Source of the DNA: an uncultured Clostridia bacterium
Lineage (GTDB): Bacteria > Bacillota > Clostridia > Oscillospirales > CAG-272
Direction: 5' to 3'
Length of the DNA stretch: 33,309 bases
NCBI GenBank assembly: GCA_947367285.1
Contig: CANBDB010000002.1
Span: 1 to 33,309, forward strand
A program made the position numbers and the translations under genes. How positions within the stretch are numbered: position 1 is the stretch's first letter; each line of letters opens with the position of its first letter. The notes under the pieces were generated by a model. That model searched no databases, was not told the DNA's origin, and was given only the letters and a program-made list of their open reading frames with translations. Below, piece after piece: positions 15,883-23,718 of the stretch.

Positions 15883-16224
15883 ATGATTAAACGAGGCGAC
15901 GTGTACTATGCAGACCTTGATCCTGTTATCGGTTCTGAACAAAAAGGACACAGGCCCATAATTGTGATTCAGAACGATATTGGTAATCTGTATAGCCCCA
16001 CGACCATTGCTGCTATGGTAACAAGCAGTCAGAAAAAGAAGCTACCTACCCACGTACATGTCAAAGACGAAAGCTCGGGCTTGTCCGAAGATTCCATCGT
16101 AATGCTCGAGCAGATCAGAACCATTGATAAGCAAAGGCTTTGTTCGATGATCGGACACGTGAGCGACAAAACAATGGCACTGATCGAGGACGCAGCCCTT
16201 TGTAGTCTCGGAATCGTAAGGTAA
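15883..16224 (+). CDS. mazF: MazF/PemK (EndoA-like) type II toxin endoribonuclease
   Basis: 113 aa. IKRGDVYYADLDPVIGSEQKGHRPIIVIQNDIGNLYSPTTIAA...LPTHV...DSIVMLEQIRTIDKQRL is near-collinear with Bacillus EndoA/MazF. SD GAAGGAGG. Confidence 0.93.
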   Translation: MIKRGDVYYADLDPVIGSEQKGHRPIIVIQNDIGNLYSPTTIAAMVTSSQKKKLPTHVHVKDESSGLSEDSIVMLEQIRTIDKQRLCSMIGHVSDKTMALIEDAALCSLGIVR

Positions 16225-16241
16225 CCAGGGAGGATAACAAA

Positions 16242-16616
16242 ATGTACTATAAAAACAAGACGCATCAGAGAATCTTCGAAGAGCAGGTCAACGGCAATCC
16301 TTGTAAATGCCCCAATGAATACCTTGCAGTTCTTTATTTACTTACTGCCGACCGAGATCTGTGGAGGGCAGCCAAGTATGAGATCGAACGAAAAGTGATC
16401 GACTTTTCCAAGATCCGTCCAAAGGAATACACCACAAACAACTATACCGTGTTCATCGTTGCCAAGGATATCTACCACGGCGAGACGCACATTACACTCA
16501 AAGATATCTGTGATCGATATCTTGTACCCGACAAGCTGTTTGATCTGTTCCTAACAGCAATTCAAATCTGCAGGTTAGGTTACACCTATACCGGCATTGA
16601 AAAAGTGTTCAACTGA
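16242..16616 (+). CDS. Hypothetical protein (possibly DUF6075-like)
   Basis: 124 aa, 17 nt after mazF, SD GGGAGG. The YLAVLYLLTADRDLW segment recalls DUF6075 proteins seen next to PemK in Firmicutes mobile elements. This is a weak assignment from memory. Confidence 0.6.
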   Translation: MYYKNKTHQRIFEEQVNGNPCKCPNEYLAVLYLLTADRDLWRAAKYEIERKVIDFSKIRPKEYTTNNYTVFIVAKDIYHGETHITLKDICDRYLVPDKLFDLFLTAIQICRLGYTYTGIEKVFN

Positions 16617-16651
16617 GTTGGACACATACATAGCGAAAAGGAGGAAATCGC

Positions 16652-16855
16652 ATGAATGAAACCGTATATAAAACTTTTGATGAACTTCCGATGTTCCTCA
16701 ATGTCGCAACCGTTGCCAAGCTCTTTGGAATCTCCCAGTCATCGGGATATGAGCTGATGCATGAGAAGGAATTTCCTTCAATTAAGATCGGCAGCAGAAT
16801 CCTCGTTCCGAGAGACAAGCTCAAGGAATGGGTGGAAAATAAGATGATGCAGTAA
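16652..16855 (+). CDS. Excisionase-family (MerR-like HTH_17) DNA-binding protein
   Basis: 67 aa. LNVATVAKLFGISQSSGYELMHEKEFPSIKIGSRILVPRDKLKEWV is typical of Xis/AlpA-type HTH proteins. Located directly upstream of the integrases. Confidence 0.8.
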   Translation: MNETVYKTFDELPMFLNVATVAKLFGISQSSGYELMHEKEFPSIKIGSRILVPRDKLKEWVENKMMQ

Positions 16856-16960
16856 ACAAAGAAAGAGTCTAAAATGATAAAGTTTCTTGAACTGCCGATT
16901 CTGCCTGGACTTTGAGAAAGGTTAGTGATATTGTGTTGAACTAAAACAGGAGGTATCAAC

Positions 16961-18160
16961 ATGGGAAGCAAACGAGCGAACGGCGAAGGCACCGTTCGAA
17001 AAAGAAAGGACGGACGATGGGAAGGCTTCATCACCGTCGGACATAAAGAAAACGGAAAACCAATTTACAAATCTGTGTTTGCAAAGACTCAGAAAGAGTT
17101 GATGCCCAAGCTCAGAAAGCTCATTGAAGATTATAAAGGCGTCGAGCTTACGGAAGAAAGCTCCATGACGGTTCGTGAGTGGCTGGATAAGTGGCTGAAG
17201 GAATATGCAGAGCCAAAGCTAAGACCATCCACGCTGAAAAGCTATCGATACGAATGCGAAAAGATCTGCGAGTACATCGGCGATAAGCAAGTAAAGCTTC
17301 TTACAACCGCAGACTGTCAGCGAATGTATAACAAATTCAAGAAGTCCGGACGGACAAAAAATGTTGCAGAGCTTGGCCCCGAAATGTCAGACTCGACTGT
17401 TCGCAGACTTCATATGATGTTTCATGAAGCGATGGAAGCAGCACAAAGAAAGCGACTGATTGCAATTAACCCAACCGAAGGAACGGTAGTGCCTGGGTGC
17501 AATTATAAGGAAATGACTGTTCTCAATGAGGAACAGTTAGAAAAATATATGGATGCCATAACAAAGGATCCCGTATGGCACGACTTCTTCTATCTCGAAC
17601 TGACTACCGGTCTCAGACTCGGAGAAATCTGCGGTCTTCGTTGGGAGGACTTCGATGAAAAGAAAGGAACACTCAAGATACAACGCTCCTTGGGAAGAGT
17701 TGTCAAAGGAAAAGCACACCTCGGGGATCCTAAGACTGAAAAAGGCAAAAGAACGATACATCTGCCCGAAAGTACATACCAAGTGCTATTGGAGCGCAAA
17801 GGAAAGGTCAATAGCGACTGGGTATTTCCGAGTATTAAATACAACGGACAACCGACCGCACCGAGTGCAGCGTATCATCGGCACAAACAGATATTAACGG
17901 ATCTTGATTTGCCGTCGATACGCTTCCACGACCTGCGTCACACCTTCGCAACACACGCAATCAAAAGCGGTGTCGATGCAAAAACGCTGTCGGGTATTCT
18001 CGGTCACACGAACGCATCGTTCACACTCGACACCTACACCCACGTCACAAACGATATGCAATTCCGAGCCTCGGAGATCGTGGGTGACTTTATGGAAGAA
18101 ATACTCGGAAAGGATTTAATGCCGTGGCTGGAAGAAGAAAAAACGGAACCGGTACTATAA
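16961..18160 (+). CDS. Tyrosine recombinase/integrase 1
   Basis: 399 aa. N-terminal arm-binding-type motif GEGTVRKRKDGRWEG. Catalytic box IRFHDLRHTFATHAIKSGVD...LGHTNASFTLDTYTHV (R, HxxR, H, Y). Confidence 0.93.
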   Translation: MGSKRANGEGTVRKRKDGRWEGFITVGHKENGKPIYKSVFAKTQKELMPKLRKLIEDYKGVELTEESSMTVREWLDKWLKEYAEPKLRPSTLKSYRYECEKICEYIGDKQVKLLTTADCQRMYNKFKKSGRTKNVAELGPEMSDSTVRRLHMMFHEAMEAAQRKRLIAINPTEGTVVPGCNYKEMTVLNEEQLEKYMDAITKDPVWHDFFYLELTTGLRLGEICGLRWEDFDEKKGTLKIQRSLGRVVKGKAHLGDPKTEKGKRTIHLPESTYQVLLERKGKVNSDWVFPSIKYNGQPTAPSAAYHRHKQILTDLDLPSIRFHDLRHTFATHAIKSGVDAKTLSGILGHTNASFTLDTYTHVTNDMQFRASEIVGDFMEEILGKDLMPWLEEEKTEPVL

Positions 18161-19593
18161 GGGAACGCAAAGACGGCCGATGGGAAGGCCGAATCATTAT
18201 CGGCTATGACGATAACGGAAAGGCAAAAACCAAGAGCGTCTTTGGAGCCACCAAAACAGAATGCGCAAAAAAGCTCAAGGAGCTTCAGGGAGAAACCTAT
18301 CACATAACAGGTAGGCTTCCTACTCAGGCAAAATCAAGCATGAGCTTCGGCGAATGGATGGATCTTTGGTACCGACATTATTGCAAGCAAACGATAAGAG
18401 AAACAACCCGTACAAGCTATGAGAACAGAATCTATCAGCATATCATTCCCGAAATCGGAAGCATCGCGTTAGACAAGCTGACTCAGAATGACCTGCAAGA
18501 CTTCTACACACGTCTGAAGGTCTCCGGTAGGCTTCAGTACGAGGATCAGCAAGGCAAAGGACTCTCCGACCGTATGGTGAGAGGATGCCATGCAAGCTGC
18601 CGTATGGCCCTTGAAAAGGCTGTGAAGGAAGGTCTCATTACTATGAACCCCGCAATCGGCTGCAAGCTTCCTCCGAAGAAGGCAAGAGAGATGCAGGTGC
18701 TCACTCACGATGAAATGCAAAGATTTCTGATACAAGCAAAGCACGACGGATACTACGAAATCTTTCTGCTCGACCTCTCGACAGGTCTTCGTCGCGGAGA
18801 GCTGATGGGACTGCAATGGAAAGACTTGAATATGACTACCGGCGAGCTACGCATCGAGCGTCAGGTAAGCAGAGTAAACGGTGAGCTGAAAACCTTTCCC
18901 CCGAAAACAAAATCCTCAATTCGGACGATCGTTCTGCCGCAATCTGTGCTGAAAATGCTGAAGGCATATCAGCCGAGCACCAACGGATCAAAATGGATTT
19001 TTCCATCGCCTGTGAAAACGGAAGACTCCCCAAGAGATCCTCATACGGTTTACAGCAAGATGCAGCTCGTACTGCAACGCGCGGAATGCAAACGTATTCG
19101 CTTCCATGATCTGCGACATACCTTCGCTACGATGGCACTTGAACACGGTATGGATGTAAAAACACTATCAGCGATGATCGGTCATGTCTCGTCCGCAACT
19201 ACGCTGGACATCTACAGTCATATCACCACGGAGATGGAGATAAATGCTGCTCAGAAGATCGATAAGGGCATCGGACGTGCAAACACCGCTGTAAAAGAGA
19301 GCGACGTTCCGAAGCCCGAAAAACGCGAGAGCACCAAGTTCAAGCCCAAAGGCCCCGTGTTCAAGCCTTACGAGGGCAAGATCCGTAAAAGCGGAACCGG
19401 AGGGATCTATCAGATTAATGATCATCTTTGGGAAGGTCGATTCACTCCGACCAATGCCCAGGGGAAGCGCGAAGCTCATAACGTGTACGCCAAAACAAGA
19501 GAAGAATGCGAACGGCTCCTCGATGAAATGATCGTGGAGGTTCGTCAGCAAATACAAGCAGAGAAAGAACAGATGAAAGGCATGAGCCTGTAA
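18124..19593 (+). CDS. Tyrosine recombinase/integrase 2, with a C-terminal extension
   Basis: 489 aa, GTG start overlapping integrase 1 by 37 nt. GTGTIRERKDGRWEGR N-terminus. IRFHDLRHTFATMALEHGMD...IGHVSSATTLDIYSHI catalytic box. The extra C-terminal about 100 aa contains a second GTGGIYQINDHLWEGRF...YAKTREECERLL module. Confidence 0.92.
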   Translation: MAGRRKNGTGTIRERKDGRWEGRIIIGYDDNGKAKTKSVFGATKTECAKKLKELQGETYHITGRLPTQAKSSMSFGEWMDLWYRHYCKQTIRETTRTSYENRIYQHIIPEIGSIALDKLTQNDLQDFYTRLKVSGRLQYEDQQGKGLSDRMVRGCHASCRMALEKAVKEGLITMNPAIGCKLPPKKAREMQVLTHDEMQRFLIQAKHDGYYEIFLLDLSTGLRRGELMGLQWKDLNMTTGELRIERQVSRVNGELKTFPPKTKSSIRTIVLPQSVLKMLKAYQPSTNGSKWIFPSPVKTEDSPRDPHTVYSKMQLVLQRAECKRIRFHDLRHTFATMALEHGMDVKTLSAMIGHVSSATTLDIYSHITTEMEINAAQKIDKGIGRANTAVKESDVPKPEKRESTKFKPKGPVFKPYEGKIRKSGTGGIYQINDHLWEGRFTPTNAQGKREAHNVYAKTREECERLLDEMIVEVRQQIQAEKEQMKGMSL

Positions 19594-19600
19594 CAAAACT

Positions 19601-19635
19601 ACAGCGCCGAGACATTTGCTCTCGGCGCTGTTTTC
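19601..19635 (+). terminator. Rho-independent terminator
   Basis: ACAGCGCCGAG / CTCGGCGCTGT stem followed by TTTT. Confidence 0.8.
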
Positions 19636-19648
19636 ACTTGGAGGAAAA

Positions 19649-19843
19649 ATGAAATACGATACAACAGGAATGGACGTGGCATACGTTCAAAGTTTATATC
19701 CAAACGAAAGCCCCGAAGTAATAATCAAAGCAATGCTCTTTGTAAGAGAGAATGGATATCCCAAAAAGATTGGAATCATTGCATGGTTTGATTTTATCCT
19801 ACATATCATAAGAGATATTGTACGTCTGCATGCAACAAAGTAA
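19649..19843 (+). CDS. Small hypothetical protein
   Basis: 64 aa from ATG 19649 (SD GGAGG at 19639-19643). The 19616 start in the ORF track lies inside the terminator. No family recognised. Confidence 0.45.
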   Translation: MKYDTTGMDVAYVQSLYPNESPEVIIKAMLFVRENGYPKKIGIIAWFDFILHIIRDIVRLHATK

Positions 19844-19846
19844 GAG

Positions 19847-19884
19847 AACGCCGAAAGTGAGGAAAACCACTTTCGGCGTTTGTC
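19847..19884. terminator. Bidirectional terminator between convergent genes
   Basis: 13-bp stem AACGCCGAAAGTG / CACTTTCGGCGTT. T-rich flank on the plus side. Lies between 19843 (+) and 19899 (-). Confidence 0.7.
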
Positions 19885-19898
19885 ATTTCTTATTTTGG

Positions 19899-21272
19899 TT
19901 ATCCATCTACCGCAGGTTCGTCAACGAGATCATCAGGAAGGGGTACAAGAAGTGCACCGATATGAACCGAAGTAACATCGGAGCGCATGGTCAACTCCTT
20001 AATTGCCTCCATATTGATGTTTTCTCTTTTAACGGACACGACCGTTCTTGTAGGATAGTTCCATTGATCGAAACTTGCATAGTGCATATCCTCAAGGTCT
20101 TCTTCCGTGAGGTGTACTTCGCTGTAAATGATGAACTGTAAAAGATCGTTGTTAGTAACAAGTACCTGGATTGCATCTGCGACATCAGCATCCGTATTAA
20201 TATTTCCGCTTACACCATCAAAGCGAATCTTATCGATTACGAAACCCGTAACAGAATCGTCAACAGTCGGAGTATTAGTGCTTGAAATGTCAAACGCAGA
20301 ACGCCTTGCAAGGCTCAACATATAATTCTCTTTATTGTTCACTTTCAAATTTGCAAGTTCATCTTTCTGTACGAACAAGAAGACGAGGTTGTTACGAACT
20401 TTTATACAAGCACCGGCACTTACAAAGATATCTTCTACTTCGTCAACATAACTCGCGTTATATGCCTTAATCAATTCATCTGTTTCCTTAGAAATTTCAG
20501 TAAAACGATTTTGGCAAACAGTATAGTCTTCATTCAATAGATCTGTTTGAACTTCTCCGTTGACAATATACTTTGCAATAAAATCCTCACCGTAAAACGC
20601 AACTCTTTCATCGTAAAGTGACTTTGCCCATTTCTCACCATCGGGAGTTCCTGTCGTATAAAGCAGCTCACCGTACTTCAGCCATTCGCCTTCTTTGTGG
20701 AAGTCAATTAGCTTGCCGGAAAGAAGATTCAATTCATCACGTTCTGCACGAAGCTTAGCAAGGGTTGTTCCTTTATATTCGAAGGAATCCAATTCGGTAG
20801 AATTGTTTTTCTTTACAACAATAGCAATAAAATCTGTCTTGTCAGCACGGTTCAAAACCTCGTACAGAGAGTAGTCCATCGACCAACCATTCCACGTGAC
20901 AAATGCATTGGCATCGTCCGGATCTTCATTGGACTGACCGTTAGCTGCCCATATTATTTTGTCAATATCGGTAGGAAGGATATTATCAACAATGGACGGT
21001 TCAACGTTGTTAAATAGCTTCATGATTGACGGAGCACCGAAGATGCCTCCAACGATCAAGAGAAGGCAAGCAGCTACCGCTACATAGGATTGCCAACGAA
21101 AAGCAATAGGCTTCTTTGTTTTTGCTTTGGTGATTCCTGTTTTGGCGTACACTTTGTTCTTGATAGAGGAAAGTGTATCAGCCGAAACATCAGACGCAGC
21201 GTTTTGACTCACGAGGTTTTCAAGCTCGTTTGCATTTGCTTCGTCGAAAATATTATTTAGTGTTTTTTTCAT
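19899..21272 (-). CDS. Putative anti-sigma factor: single-pass membrane protein, copy 3
   Basis: 457 aa. ATGA overlap with the sigma gene. TM helix WQSYVAVAACLLLIVGGIFGAPSI after an about 60-aa cytoplasmic segment. Confidence 0.65.
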   Translation of the reverse strand: MKKTLNNIFDEANANELENLVSQNAASDVSADTLSSIKNKVYAKTGITKAKTKKPIAFRWQSYVAVAACLLLIVGGIFGAPSIMKLFNNVEPSIVDNILPTDIDKIIWAANGQSNEDPDDANAFVTWNGWSMDYSLYEVLNRADKTDFIAIVVKKNNSTELDSFEYKGTTLAKLRAERDELNLLSGKLIDFHKEGEWLKYGELLYTTGTPDGEKWAKSLYDERVAFYGEDFIAKYIVNGEVQTDLLNEDYTVCQNRFTEISKETDELIKAYNASYVDEVEDIFVSAGACIKVRNNLVFLFVQKDELANLKVNNKENYMLSLARRSAFDISSTNTPTVDDSVTGFVIDKIRFDGVSGNINTDADVADAIQVLVTNNDLLQFIIYSEVHLTEEDLEDMHYASFDQWNYPTRTVVSVKRENINMEAIKELTMRSDVTSVHIGALLVPLPDDLVDEPAVDG

Positions 21273-21829
21273 ACCTCATTACCTCCAAACAATTTACGAA
21301 GTTTGTTTAAGGCTCTGTGTGTTCGGGTATCAACATTTGATACGGTCAGACCGACAGCCTTGGCTATATCCTTGGAGGACTCTCCGTAATAAAACTTACG
21401 GAAAATGATACTCGAGTCCGGCTCACCGAGATCCTCGACAGCCTTGATAACTTCGCGCCGTAGTTCATCTTCGGCAAGCTCGCTGTCGATCATCACGTCA
21501 TCTGCAACCTGCAACAGCGACTGTTCATCATCGAGGGAAATGCCTCCCTCGAGGTTTCGTCTCTTGGAAACATTGATTGCTTGGTTGCGTGCGATGACGC
21601 ATAGATAGGTTTTAATACTCGATATCTTAGGATCATAGTCGGACAGCTCCGCATAAAATTTGCTGAACACGTCTGCCACACAGTCTTCAATATCGGATGA
21701 TACATAATAAGAATCGTCAAGTTTGCTTTTGACAACAGCATAAACAAGACCTGTGTACTGATTCATTAATTGTTCCATTCCGGCGTTCGGGTCTTTATGT
21801 AGTAGTCGAAGTAACTTGTTATCCTCCAT
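21269..21829 (-). CDS. ECF-type sigma-70 family sigma factor, copy 3
   Basis: 186 aa from ATG 21829 (SD GAGGTG 5 nt upstream). Region 2 (DIEDCVADVFSKFYAELSDYDPKISSIKTYLCVIARNQAIN) and region 4 (SSKDIAKAVGLTVSNVDTRTHRALNKLRK). Confidence 0.88.
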   Translation of the reverse strand: MEDNKLLRLLHKDPNAGMEQLMNQYTGLVYAVVKSKLDDSYYVSSDIEDCVADVFSKFYAELSDYDPKISSIKTYLCVIARNQAINVSKRRNLEGGISLDDEQSLLQVADDVMIDSELAEDELRREVIKAVEDLGEPDSSIIFRKFYYGESSKDIAKAVGLTVSNVDTRTHRALNKLRKLFGGNEV

Positions 21830-21995
21830 ATTCTCACCTCTGTCTTTGAATCGATTCACTATTATATACAATCGAGAACGCAAAATCTTACACTTCTACT
21901 TGAACCTATATAAAATTTTATCAAAAAAATTTAATTTGGCAAGTTTCGAAGGAGAAAAGAGAAAAGGCGTCGATCAGCATTGAAAAGTCGATTTT

Positions 21996-22029
21996 TTGAC
22001 CAGTTCTGTACTGGTCAAATTGTGGTCAA
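21996..22029. repeat. TGGTCAA repeat cluster A
   Basis: Palindrome TTGACCAGT-tctgt-ACTGGTCAA (21996-22018) followed by a second TGGTCAA (22023-22029). Confidence 0.7.
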
Positions 22030-22063
22030 AAATTTCTGCGAAATCAAAAATTGTGCAGAATAT

Positions 22064-22108
22064 TGAAAAAATGACCGTTTTCAAGGGGTTTAAGCCTTAA
22101 AAACGGTC
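22064..22108 (-). terminator. Terminator downstream of tRNA-Pro
   Basis: GACCGTTTT / AAAACGGTC stem (22073-22108), followed on the minus strand by ATTTTTTC. Confidence 0.65.
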
Positions 22109-22114
22109 GATTTT

Positions 22115-22190
22115 TGGTCGAAGTGACAGGACTCGAACCTGCAGCATCCTGGTCCCAAACCAGGCGCGCTACCAATTGCGCTACACCTCG
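22115..22190 (-). tRNA. tRNA-Pro (anticodon UGG), CCA encoded
   Basis: Manual cloverleaf, 76 nt: acceptor CGAGGTG/CACTTCG; D arm GCGC-AATTGGTA-GCGC; anticodon arm CCTGG-TTTGGGA-CCAGG; T arm GCAGG-TTCGAGT-CCTGT; then A-CCA. Confidence 0.9.
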
Positions 22191-22229
22191 ATGGTGAAAA
22201 AACTTATGAAATTGTAGTTCTCACAGAAC

Positions 22230-22248
22230 TGGTCAAAATTGTGGTCAA
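22230..22248. repeat. TGGTCAA repeat cluster B
   Basis: ACTGGTCAAAATTGTGGTCAAA, nearly identical to the 22010-22030 part of cluster A. Confidence 0.7.
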
Positions 22249-22350
22249 ACCACTTTTGCGAGGGTAGGCCAAACGGCAAATGCTCGTTTTTCCTCCGTTT
22301 TTCTCGCGTTTCCTCGCTTTTTTGAAGAGGGGATCGGGTAGCGACCTTTA

Positions 22351-22390
22351 GCTCCCAAACCAGGCGCCCTACCAACTGGGCCACACCCGG
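22351..22390 (-). pseudogene. Truncated tRNA-Pro(UGG) 5' half, fragment 1
   Basis: CCGGGTG-TG-GCCC-AGTTGGTA-GGGC-G-CCTGG-TTTGGGA-GC, then non-tRNA sequence. It ends right after the anticodon loop. The 44-bp stretch 22350-22393 is identical to 22548-22591. Confidence 0.8.
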
Positions 22391-22418
22391 ATATGAAGTT
22401 AAGAGAAAATGCTCGTTG

Positions 22419-22437
22419 TGGTCAAATATGTGGTCAA
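22419..22437. repeat. TGGTCAA repeat cluster C
   Basis: TGGTCAAATATGTGGTCAA: two direct TGGTCAA copies. Confidence 0.65.
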
Positions 22438-22548
22438 GGAAATTCTACCACATTTTCTAAGAACTTTCAACGGCGGTATTTGCGGGGTTTTGCGAAGATA
22501 AAAGGGAGTATCCAATATTTGAAGCAATCGAACCAATTTGGTGTTCCA

Positions 22549-22588
22549 GCTCCCAAACCAGGCGCCCTACCAACTGGGCCACACCCGG
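22549..22588 (-). pseudogene. Truncated tRNA-Pro(UGG) 5' half, fragment 2
   Basis: Same 40 nt as fragment 1 with the same breakpoint. Flanks beyond the 44-bp identity are unrelated. Confidence 0.8.
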
Positions 22589-22671
22589 ATACGAATGACA
22601 TTATACACGATGTCAGCCGAAAAAGCAATCACAATTTAGCAAAATCAACACCGCAGCCAAGATATTGTGTT

Positions 22672-22716
22672 TTTATAGAATAAGCCGGGCAGGCACATTT
22701 ACAGCGCCTGCCCGGC
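22672..22716 (-). terminator. Terminator after the HNH gene
   Basis: GCCGGGCAGG / CCTGCCCGGC stem (22684-22716), followed on the minus strand by TTATTCTATAAAA. Confidence 0.6.
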
Positions 22717-22737
22717 GTGTCAATAAAACGACGGATA

Positions 22738-23343
22738 TTAGTATTTCGAGTCTTTCGAAATCGAATACTGTCCTTCTCTTTCCAACCATTTGGCCATTGC
22801 CCACGCTTCCTCAAAGCGAACATTTGCCATTGTGAGTCCATAGGCACGGCACAGCCGCTCAAATTCCTGATAAGTATCAGGGCGCTTCGTGAACAATATC
22901 CACATTAGAGCAGCTTCAGCAGTAAGAAATGTTTTGCCGCCCTGTTTATGTGAAGGGCGCTTGATAACATTACACCTTCTGCACCGCAATGTAAGGTTGT
23001 CAAGCGTGTTAGCTGCGTCACCAAGTTCTTCTTTGGGAATTACGTGATCTGCCTGGAGTTCTAATCGGGTTCCGCAATCAGCGCACTTACCGGATTGTTC
23101 AAAATGCCATTTGCGGACAGCTGCCCAACACTTTCCCTTTGGGTAATGAGATTGAAATGATTTATTGCTGGCAACAGAAGTTCCTACCTGCGAGGGATTT
23201 AAGTGGCCGAGAACAAGGGAGGCAAGTTCTTTATACTTGACCATGCCGGTATCGACTAAATACTGTATAAGATATTTCCATTCCTCCTCTGTCCAATCCC
23301 TGTCAGCTTCAGGGAAAGCCTTCATTGTTTCGTAGTTTGTCAT
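22738..23343 (-). CDS. HNH-family nuclease, candidate restriction endonuclease
   Basis: 201 aa. CADCGTRLELQADHVIPKEELGDAANTLDNLTLRCRRCNVIK has CxxC...DH...N...CxxCN, a zinc-finger HNH (beta-beta-alpha-Me) signature. ATGA overlap with the upstream HTH gene. Confidence 0.8.
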   Translation of the reverse strand: MTNYETMKAFPEADRDWTEEEWKYLIQYLVDTGMVKYKELASLVLGHLNPSQVGTSVASNKSFQSHYPKGKCWAAVRKWHFEQSGKCADCGTRLELQADHVIPKEELGDAANTLDNLTLRCRRCNVIKRPSHKQGGKTFLTAEAALMWILFTKRPDTYQEFERLCRAYGLTMANVRFEEAWAMAKWLEREGQYSISKDSKY

Positions 23344-23597
23344 AGTGATTGTCCTCCTATTGTGATACGCTCTTCAAATTCAGAAATGAACTCGACTAAG
23401 CTCATCCCTAAACAAAGGCAAATTTTTCTGATCTCAATGACATCAAGACGCTTTTGACATTGCTCATACTTGCTGATATAAGTTTGGCTGCAACCAAGGT
23501 GCATGGCTAATTCCTGCTGTGTCATTTTTGATCGCAGCCTGCAATTTTTTAGGCAATCAATAAGCACCCGATATTCAGGTTCATAAATAATACTCAT
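23340..23597 (-). CDS. XRE-family HTH protein, candidate R-M controller (C) protein
   Basis: 85 aa. MTQQELAMHLGCSQTYISKYEQCQKRLDVIEIRKICLCLGM is a Cro/C1 HTH. Translationally coupled to the HNH gene and divergent from the methyltransferase. Confidence 0.8.
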   Translation of the reverse strand: MSIIYEPEYRVLIDCLKNCRLRSKMTQQELAMHLGCSQTYISKYEQCQKRLDVIEIRKICLCLGMSLVEFISEFEERITIGGQSL

Positions 23598-23665
23598 ATG
23601 CTTTACCTCCTGGATTATTCTACACTTATCTTAACATAACACTATAATTATTCCAAAATAGAATA

Positions 23666-23694
23666 TTGACATTTCAACCTAAGTGAGGTAAAAT
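23666..23694 (+). promoter_or_regulatory. Sigma-A-type promoter for the methyltransferase gene
   Basis: TTGACA (23666-23671), 17-nt spacer, TAAAAT (23689-23694). Flanked by the 7-bp inverted repeat TATTCTA (23616-23622) / TAGAATA (23659-23665). Confidence 0.5.
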
Positions 23695-23718
23695 GTAAAC
23701 GTTATGGGGGTATAGATC

